From Promethearchaeota archaeon (GTDB taxonomy: Archaea > Asgardarchaeota > Lokiarchaeia > Sigyniarchaeales > SOKP01), in assembly GCA_019894975.1 (NCBI GenBank), contig JAGXNO010000026.1, positions 1 to 51,944 on the forward strand: 51,944 bases of DNA, in the 5' to 3' direction. A program made the position numbers and the translations under genes. Below the pieces are notes generated by a model. The model was not told the DNA's origin and made no database searches. It was given only the letters and a program-made list of their open reading frames with translations. Below, one piece after another: positions 21,218-30,732 of this stretch (the first letter of the stretch is position 1; each line of letters starts with the position of its first letter).

Positions 21218-21354
21218 CGTTCAATTTATCTTAAATTGAATTAGAATTGTAGATTTAATATTTTTCACAAGAATTAAACTTTTGTAATTGTTTTGTTCAT
21301 GGCTTATAATCTCTGCCAAAAACTTGCCAAGCGAATAAAATAATTATACTTAGA

Positions 21355-21540
21355 TTATTTGAACCCTCGAAATGGTTTTTTCTCTGGTTCTTTTCTTTTT
21401 TTCTCTCCTGTTGTCAGTAAGTTAAAAGTATTTTCTACTCCTAATTCGTTTAATTTTTGTCTTTCCTCCTCTAAAGAATATTCTTCCTGATTTAAGGAAT
21501 TTTCTTCTTCTTCATTTTCTTCCTCACTCATTATACTCAC
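21355..21540 (-). CDS. small acidic-then-basic hypothetical protein
   Basis: 61-aa ORF, Glu-rich N-terminus, Lys/Arg-rich C-terminus. Confidence 0.55.
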   Translation of the reverse strand: MSIMSEEENEEEENSLNQEEYSLEEERQKLNELGVENTFNLLTTGEKKRKEPEKKPFRGFK

Positions 21541-21729
21541 TTACAATTTATCAAACTCTATCTAAATAGTATACTTCATATTAATAAAATTTAGCAAAAA
21601 TAAGGAGAAAAGAAATTTCCCAAATTTGTTGCTCTTATCATCATTACAGAAAAGAAGATACTAAATAATATTTTAAATCTGCAATTTAATAATTAATTAA
21701 AAATAATACTTTTTAAAAAAAAGATAATT

Positions 21730-22719
21730 ATGTCAAATTGCGCTCATTGTGGGGATGAAATTATTGGGGAACCTTTTTATTGTGATAGTTGTGGATACAA
21801 TTATTGTTTAAGACATAAAGATCCCATAAATCACGATTGTAATATTATTAGAGAAAGTTCAGGAGTACAACAATCTACAACAATACCACAAACTTATGAT
21901 CAGGAACCACAAGTAATATCTATCTCTCAGAGTCAACCATATCAATCCTCAAGTACTTCCGAAGTTACTCGAGGAACTACAGACGGTACTTATACATGGT
22001 ATCGTCAAGAATCTCAAGTTCCTGTTGATGCTTTTGATCCTGATTCTGGAATTGAATTTAAGGGAATATTGTTACCTCACAAGTCAGAATTATTTCATTT
22101 TGTTGTTGGTGTTTCATTAATATTTATTATTGGATTATTAACATTCTATCCTAGTTTAATCGGATCTGGATATGAATGGGCAATTTTCATGTTAGCAGGA
22201 TTTTATGCCACAGCCTTTTTCTTTCATGAATTAGGGCATCGACAAGTAGCAGTACATTTTAATCTTCAAACTAAATTTAGGCTTTTAAAGTTTGGAATCA
22301 TGTTAACTGTTATTGGAGTAGTCTTTAATTTATTTTCATTAACAACAGGGGGAGCAAGTTTTCCTTCATTAGCTTTACCTGGAGCTGTTGTAGTTTTGGG
22401 TTTGAGTAAGATAGATCGAACTACTGGGCTTTGCAAAGCTGCTGGTCCTATCGTTAATCTTGTATATGGATTGATTCTTTTTGTGATCTCCTTCCTAATC
22501 CCAACATATCCACTTAATATGTTGATAGGGCTTGCAGCAAATTTAAACTTCATGTTAGGTAGCTTCAACATGATTCCCTTGGGTATTCTAGACGGACAGA
22601 ACATCTGGAAATGGAATAAAAAATTATATGTTGCGTTATGTGGTACATTGGTGACGCTGTTAATACTTACATATATGATTATTTATGCTCCGCCCAGCAC
22701 CAATCTTTATCTTGCTTAA
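21730..22719 (+). CDS. AN1 zinc finger + site-2 protease (M50) family intramembrane metalloprotease
   Basis: CAHC...CDSC...YCLRHKDPINHDC (AN1); FFHELGH (HExxH), AGP, FNMIPLGILDG. Confidence 0.88.
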   Translation: MSNCAHCGDEIIGEPFYCDSCGYNYCLRHKDPINHDCNIIRESSGVQQSTTIPQTYDQEPQVISISQSQPYQSSSTSEVTRGTTDGTYTWYRQESQVPVDAFDPDSGIEFKGILLPHKSELFHFVVGVSLIFIIGLLTFYPSLIGSGYEWAIFMLAGFYATAFFFHELGHRQVAVHFNLQTKFRLLKFGIMLTVIGVVFNLFSLTTGGASFPSLALPGAVVVLGLSKIDRTTGLCKAAGPIVNLVYGLILFVISFLIPTYPLNMLIGLAANLNFMLGSFNMIPLGILDGQNIWKWNKKLYVALCGTLVTLLILTYMIIYAPPSTNLYLA

Positions 22720-22897
22720 TGGGGCAAATATGATCATAATCTCAAATAGATCTTTTATTATTTTTACTTTTTATTTTATGAAAGTTAATTTATTTTATAA
22801 AAGTAAAAATTATGAAGGATGATAATTTTAATAAATTATACTTTTCTATTCATAAACAATAATTTTGAAAAAATGAATGAAGTTTTGGTGAAATAAA

Positions 22898-23872
22898 CTG
22901 ACTTTTTGCGAATTCTGTGGTGAACAAATTAGTTATCTTCCATTTACATGTAAGTATTGCGGTGGAACTTATTGTAAGAAACATAGACTGCCAGAAAACC
23001 ATGAATGCACTTTCGAATTAAAACATGTATCAGTTGTTCCAACTACTGCAAGAGGTAAAGTTAAACGTCGTCAAGATGTTGTTCTAAAGAAGCCTACTTC
23101 TCAAGAATATTTGGATCAAGAGCCTAGGAGATTAAGAAAATATCTTAGGAGACAAGACAAACAAAGCAAAAAAACACTAAAATTTTACGGTAAATCACAG
23201 AGGGGAACAACCAAATATAATTATACAAAGATATTGTTTGGAATAATAATAATAACTTCAATAACTGCCTTAATCTTTGATTATTCTGGGATCTCTCAAT
23301 ATATTTACTTGAGTATAGATAAAGTAGTTTCTGAATTCACAATTCACACGTTTATTACAAGTCTTTTTATAAGTAACAGTAGTGCTGGTGGCGCTAATAT
23401 TATTAATTTGTTCTTTTTATTCTTTATGTTGTTCTTCTTATATTTTATGGCAAGAAATATAGAGCTTAGTTATGGTCCCTCCTTTTTAATTAAATTGTTT
23501 ATTATTAGTGGGTTATTTTCAGCATTATTATATATTTTACTAAGAATATCTTTACTTGGAATTTATCCGTTTAATGAACCAATCCCGGTTGGTTCTGTAT
23601 ATATATCCGGGGTGTATATAGGATTAGCATGGGGTGGGATTTATGGTTTACTCTCATATATAATCTTCCCTATGATGAGACGTGAAGTAAGAGCATTTAT
23701 TCCTATGAGGATGTCAGGAAGATCTTTTCTGATTACGTTAATTATTATACGTTTAATGTTTGGATTAATATATGCGTTTTCTGGTCTCTTTTATTTATTA
23801 ATCTATTTACCGGAGCTAGGAGGGATTTTAGGCTCCTATTTAGTTTATAAATACAATTTTATAAAAAAATAA
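22898..23872 (+). CDS. AN1 zinc finger + rhomboid-like (apparently inactive) membrane protein; probable CTG start
   Basis: Frame open from CTG 22898 (GGTGA SD upstream): [36 protein letters not shown], in frame with track ORF 23111; rhomboid-like TM pattern ([27 protein letters not shown]). Confidence 0.8.
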   Translation: MTFCEFCGEQISYLPFTCKYCGGTYCKKHRLPENHECTFELKHVSVVPTTARGKVKRRQDVVLKKPTSQEYLDQEPRRLRKYLRRQDKQSKKTLKFYGKSQRGTTKYNYTKILFGIIIITSITALIFDYSGISQYIYLSIDKVVSEFTIHTFITSLFISNSSAGGANIINLFFLFFMLFFLYFMARNIELSYGPSFLIKLFIISGLFSALLYILLRISLLGIYPFNEPIPVGSVYISGVYIGLAWGGIYGLLSYIIFPMMRREVRAFIPMRMSGRSFLITLIIIRLMFGLIYAFSGLFYLLIYLPELGGILGSYLVYKYNFIKK

Positions 23873-23895
23873 TATCTCTTTTTTGGTATTCTAGC

Positions 23896-24552
23896 ATGCC
23901 TGAAAAAGAACATTCAAAAGTAATTGAATTAAATGAAGATTTAATTGCTAACAATGATAAATTAGCAGAACAAAATAAGAATAATTTAAGAGAACTTAAG
24001 GTAAAGTCAGTTGATTTTGTGGGAGCGATTGGTGCTGGAAAAACTGCTATCATTGAAAATATTGTAAAAGAAATTTCAAAGGAATATAAAGTGCTTGTTA
24101 TTAATGGTGATGCTGCTACAAGAGTCGATGCCGATAGGATTGAAAAACATGGAGTCAAGGCAATACAGATTAACACAGGTCGAGAGTGTGCTCTTAATTC
24201 ATATCACATATCTCAAGTGATAAAAAATCATGATTTAAAAGGCGTTGATCTTCTTTTTATCGAAAATGTGGGAAATTTAATCTGTCCATCGGATTTTATC
24301 TTGGGTGCTGATAAACGAGTTGTTGTAGTTTCTATTACCGAGGGTCCCTGGGTTATACGCAAACACCCAATGTTGTTTAAATCCTCTGATGTTGCGGTTA
24401 TCAATAAAATAGATTTAAAAGATGTAATGGATGTAGATATTGAGGAAATGATAAATGATGGAAAAAAGATTAACCCAAACCTTAAGATTATAACTACAAG
24501 CGCTTTAACTGGAGAAAATATCCCTCAGTTAATAACTGAGATAATGAAATAA
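23896..24552 (+). CDS. hypB: hydrogenase nickel-incorporation GTPase HypB
   Basis: GAIGAGKT, DADRI, QINTGREC, ENVGNLICP, SITEG, KHP, NKIDL. Confidence 0.93.
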   Translation: MPEKEHSKVIELNEDLIANNDKLAEQNKNNLRELKVKSVDFVGAIGAGKTAIIENIVKEISKEYKVLVINGDAATRVDADRIEKHGVKAIQINTGRECALNSYHISQVIKNHDLKGVDLLFIENVGNLICPSDFILGADKRVVVVSITEGPWVIRKHPMLFKSSDVAVINKIDLKDVMDVDIEEMINDGKKINPNLKIITTSALTGENIPQLITEIMK

Positions 24553-24612
24553 ATAAAAAATAAAAGTAAAAGAATATAATATAATAATTAAGGAAAATTG
24601 TTCTGATGTATC

Positions 24613-25029
24613 ATGTCAATAAGGCAATATAATACAGAGATAGGAACTCTAATTGATAAAATCGTTAAAGTTTATATCGATAAAGATAAGTTTTTTGTAG
24701 GACAATTGAAGGGAATTTCAGAGGATTCAAACCTTATTCTTGTTAATGTTAAAAACGAAAAAAGCAAAGTATTCCCTAAGTTGTTCATAAGAAGTAACTT
24801 CTATAATTACGTGAGTTTGGAGGAAGAACCTTTCCCAATGGTTGCTTTAAGTGAACGCATTGCTGCAATATTCTCAAAGGGTCATGTTAATTATATTGAA
24901 GATCAAAATATTATATCCATTTTAAGTGGGAAAATAGTTGTGGATGAATCCGGTGTTAAAGGGACTGGACCTTCAGCAGAAAGAGTTAAGAAGATTTACG
25001 ATCAATTCAAATTGGATTTAGAAGAATAA
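24613..25029 (+). CDS. Sm-like (Lsm) protein with C-terminal domain, SmAP3 type
   Basis: Sm1 FVGQLKGISEDSNLILVNV, Sm2 LFIRS, C-terminal GVKGTGPSAERVKKIYDQF. Confidence 0.8.
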   Translation: MSIRQYNTEIGTLIDKIVKVYIDKDKFFVGQLKGISEDSNLILVNVKNEKSKVFPKLFIRSNFYNYVSLEEEPFPMVALSERIAAIFSKGHVNYIEDQNIISILSGKIVVDESGVKGTGPSAERVKKIYDQFKLDLEE

Positions 25030-25052
25030 TTTTTTTTTATTTTTTACTAATT

Positions 25053-25559
25053 TTACTCACTAAACAGATTCAATAAGTTTTTCAGTTTTAAATCTGCTAT
25101 AATATTTTTCATGATAGCTTTTCCTAATGGTGCCACCTTAGTTATTCCTAGCTCATCAAAAGTTCTTATATAATCATTTTCGATGAGAAATTTAATATCA
25201 GTGTCCCATACATTAGAAAAAATATCTTTTAAATCTTCAGTTTTTATATTTTCATCAACTTCTTTGCTTAAGGCTACTATTAAAGCTAAAGTACCGTATT
25301 GAGAGGGGGTCACATTATCATCTTTCCCCTCAGAAGTCAAAATATAAAATGTTTGCTCAAGAAATTTAGTTTTAATCAGTTCAAATCCAATATTTATTAA
25401 TTTCACATAGATTTCACTCATTACTTCTTCATAGTTGTAATCCTTGCTCAAATTCTTGAGATCTTCTTCTCTTATCATCTTTTGAGGATTGTTTAAGATG
25501 ATTTTGGTTATATTTTTTATAGTTTCTTCAAATTCTTCTACTGCCATTATAAGTATCAT
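25053..25559 (-). CDS. tandem winged-helix protein, possible kite (ScpB/Nse1/Nse3-like)
   Basis: LINIGFELI...FYILT, VTPSQYGTLALIVAL, LIENDYI, APLG pattern; overlaps the stop of the SMC-like gene. Confidence 0.45.
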   Translation of the reverse strand: MILIMAVEEFEETIKNITKIILNNPQKMIREEDLKNLSKDYNYEEVMSEIYVKLINIGFELIKTKFLEQTFYILTSEGKDDNVTPSQYGTLALIVALSKEVDENIKTEDLKDIFSNVWDTDIKFLIENDYIRTFDELGITKVAPLGKAIMKNIIADLKLKNLLNLFSE

Positions 25560-27166
25560 CCATTTTCTTGTATTGTAACTGTTTTTACATTTTTTATTTC
25601 TTTTTTCATTTCTAGATTTGAAAAGATAAAAATGAGATTGAATTTAGATAGGTATTCTTCAGTATCAAATAGAGGTAGAATTTTTCTGATAGTTCTGAAT
25701 ATTGATCCTGCTTTATTATAAACACTAGGAATGAACAGATTCGAAAATACAATATTATGATTTTTAACCTGTAGCCCAATTGAAATATTACATACGATTA
25801 TGAAAAATATCTTTTCGGGAGTAGTTAATTCATCAAATATAATTTTTTCCTTCATATTCCGAGTGAATCTAATTTGTATAAAAAAGTTTATATTATCCTC
25901 ACTCAAAAGAATTCTAAATTGTGATTTTAGATTAATCTGGGATAAGAATCTGTTAATAAAGGTTTCAAGATCATCCATAAGGGCTTCTAATTTTTGAAAG
26001 GAATCAAAAATTTGAATAACTTCTTTTTCATTTTTCCTAATCTTAATTTTATTTTGATTTTTTTTCAAGTTGTTATTAAAAACCTTTAACTTCTCTATTA
26101 TTTTTGATAAATCTTCTGGATCCTGAAGATCTGATTTACTATTTGGAACGGAGATTGTTTCTATCTCATTATTAATTTTTTTGATATCGTTTTTGACTTC
26201 TTCGATCGATCTAACTGATTTTAAATTAAATTCATTATAATCATGAAGAGAATTATTTTTATTTAGAAATTTTGTCTTAAGTTCAAGCTCTAACTCTCTT
26301 ATTTTTTTATTATCAGTACTAATTATGTCTTTAAGTTTTTCATAATCATTTTTATAGGCTTCATAAAGCGGATTGAAGTCTTTGAATTTCAGATTAGTTT
26401 CCTCGACTTTCTGATTGAGATTATTAATATCACGTTGGGTTTCTTTTGCTTTCTTTTGGAAAGCCTTTATTTTTTGTGCATTCGTTAAACTCTCGTCAAT
26501 TTCTGGAATTATTTGCTGTTCTTCCCTTTCCTTGTTAGAATTTCCAGACATTTCACGCGTTATTCTATTAATTTGACTAAAGAATTCTTTTTTCTTCTTA
26601 GTTAAATTTTGAATTTGTTGCTTGTAATTGTTGATTGCATTATTAAGCTGGTCAATTTGATTTTTTCGTTGAAAATAATCTTCTTCAAGGTATTTTAATC
26701 TTTTCTTATTATCACTCATAGACTTATTTAACTTTTCTAATAAATCAGATATCGCAGAGATATCACTGTATTTTTCATATTCTTCAGTAATTTCCAATTC
26801 TTTTAGAAATTTTTCCTTTTCTTTTAGAAGAAAATTCAGTCTTATTTTTGCTAATAATTTATCTATAATTTCACTGTACTGAGAGATTATTTTAATGTTT
26901 TTTTCCATTGAACCATGAAACTCGTTAACAAGGTTTATCAAATTTAGTGATTTTTCTAGATCACTGAAATCTTCTAATTGGTTCAAGTAAATATCGGTAA
27001 ATTTGGCGATGGGAATTAAGTTTAAATCTTCAAGAATTTCTGAGATTTTTTCACTTTTATCATCTTTAATTAAATTTCTTTTAAATTTTCCATTTATAAT
27101 AGTGAATCTATCTTGAATTAAAATTTCTCTAGAACCGATGGAAATAGTAAATTTCTTCGTCTGAAT
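25556..27166 (-). CDS. long coiled-coil protein resembling a degenerate SMC/Rad50; probable ATT start
   Basis: Frame open 60 codons upstream of track start 26986 (IQTKKFTISIG...DRFTIINGKFK); central coiled coil; C-terminal FDELTTPEKIFF resembles a degenerate LSGGEK signature. Confidence 0.55.
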   Translation of the reverse strand: MQTKKFTISIGSREILIQDRFTIINGKFKRNLIKDDKSEKISEILEDLNLIPIAKFTDIYLNQLEDFSDLEKSLNLINLVNEFHGSMEKNIKIISQYSEIIDKLLAKIRLNFLLKEKEKFLKELEITEEYEKYSDISAISDLLEKLNKSMSDNKKRLKYLEEDYFQRKNQIDQLNNAINNYKQQIQNLTKKKKEFFSQINRITREMSGNSNKEREEQQIIPEIDESLTNAQKIKAFQKKAKETQRDINNLNQKVEETNLKFKDFNPLYEAYKNDYEKLKDIISTDNKKIRELELELKTKFLNKNNSLHDYNEFNLKSVRSIEEVKNDIKKINNEIETISVPNSKSDLQDPEDLSKIIEKLKVFNNNLKKNQNKIKIRKNEKEVIQIFDSFQKLEALMDDLETFINRFLSQINLKSQFRILLSEDNINFFIQIRFTRNMKEKIIFDELTTPEKIFFIIVCNISIGLQVKNHNIVFSNLFIPSVYNKAGSIFRTIRKILPLFDTEEYLSKFNLIFIFSNLEMKKEIKNVKTVTIQENG

Positions 27167-27189
27167 CTGTAAACACTTCTTTTTATAGT

Positions 27190-28251
27190 TTAAGAGTTTT
27201 CAAAATGATCCTTGTATTTCTTATATTCCTTTTGTTTTTTCACTTTTCTTTCCCTGATTAAATCAAGAGGATCTAGTTCATCCTCTTTCTGGATCAAATA
27301 TTTATCTTCAAAACTTTTATCTAATTTTGATTTAAATTTCTCAATTTTTTCGGTTATTTCGTCACTTATTTCTATTTTTTTGCCTTCTTTATCAGTAGTT
27401 TTTATATCTCTTAACTTTTCTCTAGACTTTTTACGAGTCTTTCTCTCAAAGGCTTTATCTGATAATTTCATGTAGTCATTGTAACCTTCTCTTTGTTCCT
27501 CCTGCGTCTTTTTTAATTTTTCTAATTCTTCTTGTTCCTTTGCCTTAGCTATAAATTGTCTTTTTGTTTTTAATTCTTTCTGTGTTAATTTACTCTCAAA
27601 GTCTTGAATAAATTCTGAAAAAGTAATATAGGGATCTTCATAAAACGCTTTTTCAAAGTCTTTTATTAGTGTATGGTCAGCGTCTTTTGGGATTTTACTT
27701 AATTCTAATTTGAGTTTATCTTGAATTACATTTTCATAATATAATTCAAATTTTTTTATAATACCTAAGAATAAAGAGTTTTGCTTTAAAGAATCTAGAA
27801 GTTCTAACCATCGAAAGACATCTATTGAAGGGATATATGAAATCTTATGTATGGTTTTATTAATTTTTCTTTGATCAATTAAATGTAATCCAATTTCTCT
27901 TAATCGTGATTGGTTTAATTCTAATCGTTTTAATTTTAATTGTTTTTTTTCCTTATATTTTTTAATAAGATTCTCTTGAAGGATTAAAAAACTAATGATA
28001 TTATCCATTGATATTTTTTCTAATGCATTACTTGTGGTCATCATTAAATCTGTTATTTCTTCAATTTGAGAAAGAAGAATTTCACTTGTAAAATTAGGGA
28101 TAACTGATTGTTTATAGTTTTTAAAGTTATCAGAATCTTCATTTAGCTGATGCATTTTTGCTTGAAGCACATCTAAAGAAGATGTTAATTCCTTAATTTT
28201 CTCGAGATTGAATAATTGATTTCCTGTCATATTTGAATAAAATAACTTCAT
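27190..28251 (-). CDS. coiled-coil, Lys/Glu-rich hypothetical protein
   Basis: 353-aa ORF with heptad-like charged composition. Confidence 0.75.
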   Translation of the reverse strand: MKLFYSNMTGNQLFNLEKIKELTSSLDVLQAKMHQLNEDSDNFKNYKQSVIPNFTSEILLSQIEEITDLMMTTSNALEKISMDNIISFLILQENLIKKYKEKKQLKLKRLELNQSRLREIGLHLIDQRKINKTIHKISYIPSIDVFRWLELLDSLKQNSLFLGIIKKFELYYENVIQDKLKLELSKIPKDADHTLIKDFEKAFYEDPYITFSEFIQDFESKLTQKELKTKRQFIAKAKEQEELEKLKKTQEEQREGYNDYMKLSDKAFERKTRKKSREKLRDIKTTDKEGKKIEISDEITEKIEKFKSKLDKSFEDKYLIQKEDELDPLDLIRERKVKKQKEYKKYKDHFENS

Positions 28252-28267
28252 TTACACTACATTTTTG

Positions 28268-29377
28268 TTAAATTTCTGGTGGACGGGGTAAGTTTTTTCT
28301 TCCTTTTTCGCTAGCTTTAGTCCTATTAGCAATAATCTTGGAACTACTTAAAACATCTTGTCGTTCGACATGGATAGCGGTTCCACCGACTAAACGCATT
28401 GAACTATAGAAAATTTCATATGTAAGCCGTTCTGAACTAATAGCTTTTAATAGGGCTACTTTAGTCCCCCTTTCAATATCAGATCCAGAATATCCATAAG
28501 TCAATTTCAAAAGCCCTTCGTTTTTGCTCCTTTTAGTAATCTCATCCCATAAGACACTATCATCAAACTCGGATATATTTCGTCCTAATTTATTTTGTAG
28601 TTCTTTAGCACTCACTTGGAATTCTTCATATTCATCGTTTAAATTCGAAAAAATAGTATCATCAACGCCTATTTTTGCTTTTTTTACCTTATTAACAAAA
28701 GCTTCTATGATTAATTTACGCAAGTGATAATTAGGGAAATTGAATTCAAAGTGAAATGTGAAACGACGCCATATCGCAGAATCGAGTTGATGTTGATGAT
28801 TAGTCGCTCCAAAAATCGCCAAAGGAACACCTTCATAGTTAACTCTGTCAATAACCTGCAAAAAAGAAATAACAGCTCTTTTAATTTCTCCAACTTCATG
28901 GATGTTAGACCTTTCAGAACCAATAGCATCAATTTCATCAAAGAAAAGAACAAAGGCACCTCGCTCTTTTGCAATTTCTGCTGATAGTTCGACAACCCCT
29001 CTAATATTTTTAATTGTGTCTCCTAACAGGGGTGATACAAGTCTGTCAGATTCCACAATACATATCGGGATATCATATTTTTTAGCAAAACCTCTTGTTA
29101 AAGAGGTCTTGCCCGTACCGGGAGGGCCATATAGAAGTACCGTTAAATTAGGTGTAAGTTTTGTATCTCTTAATTGTTCCATAAATTCTTCATATTTTAA
29201 CAGGGCTTTAAAAAAATCATCTAGAATTTCTTTTTTCGTTTCGTTACCTAAAATGTCTTCTACCTCTTCTTTTATGTCTGCTGAAAGATAGACAGCACCA
29301 TATTTACCAAGACGTTCTTTAATTACATCATCTGTATAGGTTATTTTTACTTCATTCCCATCATTTTTTTTACTAAT
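28268..29377 (-). CDS. AAA+ ATPase (classic AAA clade); probable ATT start
   Basis: GPPGTGKT, FFDEID, ATNHQHQLDSAIWRRF, GYSGSDIE; frame open 65 codons upstream of ATG 29182, including EDILGNETKKEI, the usual pre-Walker A segment. Confidence 0.88.
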   Translation of the reverse strand: MSKKNDGNEVKITYTDDVIKERLGKYGAVYLSADIKEEVEDILGNETKKEILDDFFKALLKYEEFMEQLRDTKLTPNLTVLLYGPPGTGKTSLTRGFAKKYDIPICIVESDRLVSPLLGDTIKNIRGVVELSAEIAKERGAFVLFFDEIDAIGSERSNIHEVGEIKRAVISFLQVIDRVNYEGVPLAIFGATNHQHQLDSAIWRRFTFHFEFNFPNYHLRKLIIEAFVNKVKKAKIGVDDTIFSNLNDEYEEFQVSAKELQNKLGRNISEFDDSVLWDEITKRSKNEGLLKLTYGYSGSDIERGTKVALLKAISSERLTYEIFYSSMRLVGGTAIHVERQDVLSSSKIIANRTKASEKGRKNLPRPPEI

Positions 29378-29406
29378 TTTCTCTCAACTCCATTAATATA
29401 TATAAA

Positions 29407-30705
29407 TTACTTTCTATTGTCGAATTTTGTACAAAATTCAGCAATTTCATTAATAAATTCTTTAAGGTTATCAATTTGAGATCCAATAAAGTTGAAAATT
29501 TCTTTTCGATATTGAATGGAATCTCTAATTTTCATTTTATCTAATCCCAAATAATTAGGAAAGCATATAAGTTTCATTAAATAGGGGAGGATTTTCTCAT
29601 TAGTCTGTAAGTCTTTAAATATTGCATAAAAAATATTTTCATCAGATAATTTCCATTTCAAAATACTCATATAAATCAAAAAAGAAAAATTCATAGAAAC
29701 CCAATTTACTAATTCTTTTGATAGAAAACCTCTTCTCTGTGCCGCAAATGCTAAATAATAAGTAATTAGAGTTTCATTACTAAACTGAGGCAAATATCTT
29801 ATGGTTCCATCAGTTTGTGTATTTTCACGAAGAAAATTGTTATCAATTAGAATATCAACAAAATCTTCTTGCGGTGCCAGAAATATTCCATCTATTAACC
29901 GTAAGCCTATCCTTTCGGCTACTTTTTCTATTGCTTCTTCTTCAGCATTCGCAATTGAATCAATATATGGCAAGAATACTTCATTTTTTAAAATCATTGG
30001 AATTTCATAATTTTGTTTTTCAGGAAATTCCCCAAAATTAGGATCTAAGTTATAAAGGGAGGTTATATTGTTGATAATTTGATATATCTTAGGAGAAATA
30101 ACAGGAATTTCAAAAAAATCTGGACTTTCTAATTTTTCTCTATAATATGTATGAGATTGTAATAGATGACGCTGGCATTCATAGAGATTAAGAGAATTAT
30201 CTAATAATTTCTCATATATAATTTTGAGATTTGTCCCTTTTGGAAATATTTTCTCCTCAATGAATTTAACTAGTTGATAAAGATAAGTATTTTCTATATT
30301 GAGCTCATCAGGATTAGTTATATGACGTAATACGTTTAAGGCATCTACAGATTCATGTAAAAATTCTATAATATAATCTTTAATATCAATAATTGGAATT
30401 TCTTCTCTATATTTTATTATAAAATCTTTAATTATATCATATACATTTGACCTATACATAGCAGAGAATTCTGAAAGTGCCCTAACTTTACGAATATTTC
30501 TTTTTTCTTCCTCCTGGCGGATTTTATCAAGAATTTCTGTATCAAGTAGCAAATCAGGATCCAAATCAATAATTATCCTTCTTGTTTCTCTTAAAATTGG
30601 GCGCATATGACTTATAAAAGTTAAATACCTAGGAAGAATATCAGTCCATTTTTCTCTTCTCCTTCCGGATTTTACCATTCTTGTTGATTTCTTTTTGTAA
30701 CTCAT
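29407..30705 (-). CDS. hypothetical protein
   Basis: 432-aa ORF in a tightly packed minus-strand gene run. Confidence 0.8.
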   Translation of the reverse strand: MSYKKKSTRMVKSGRRREKWTDILPRYLTFISHMRPILRETRRIIIDLDPDLLLDTEILDKIRQEEEKRNIRKVRALSEFSAMYRSNVYDIIKDFIIKYREEIPIIDIKDYIIEFLHESVDALNVLRHITNPDELNIENTYLYQLVKFIEEKIFPKGTNLKIIYEKLLDNSLNLYECQRHLLQSHTYYREKLESPDFFEIPVISPKIYQIINNITSLYNLDPNFGEFPEKQNYEIPMILKNEVFLPYIDSIANAEEEAIEKVAERIGLRLIDGIFLAPQEDFVDILIDNNFLRENTQTDGTIRYLPQFSNETLITYYLAFAAQRRGFLSKELVNWVSMNFSFLIYMSILKWKLSDENIFYAIFKDLQTNEKILPYLMKLICFPNYLGLDKMKIRDSIQYRKEIFNFIGSQIDNLKEFINEIAEFCTKFDNRK

Positions 30706-30732
30706 TTTTTAATTATTCAACTCAATCTTATC

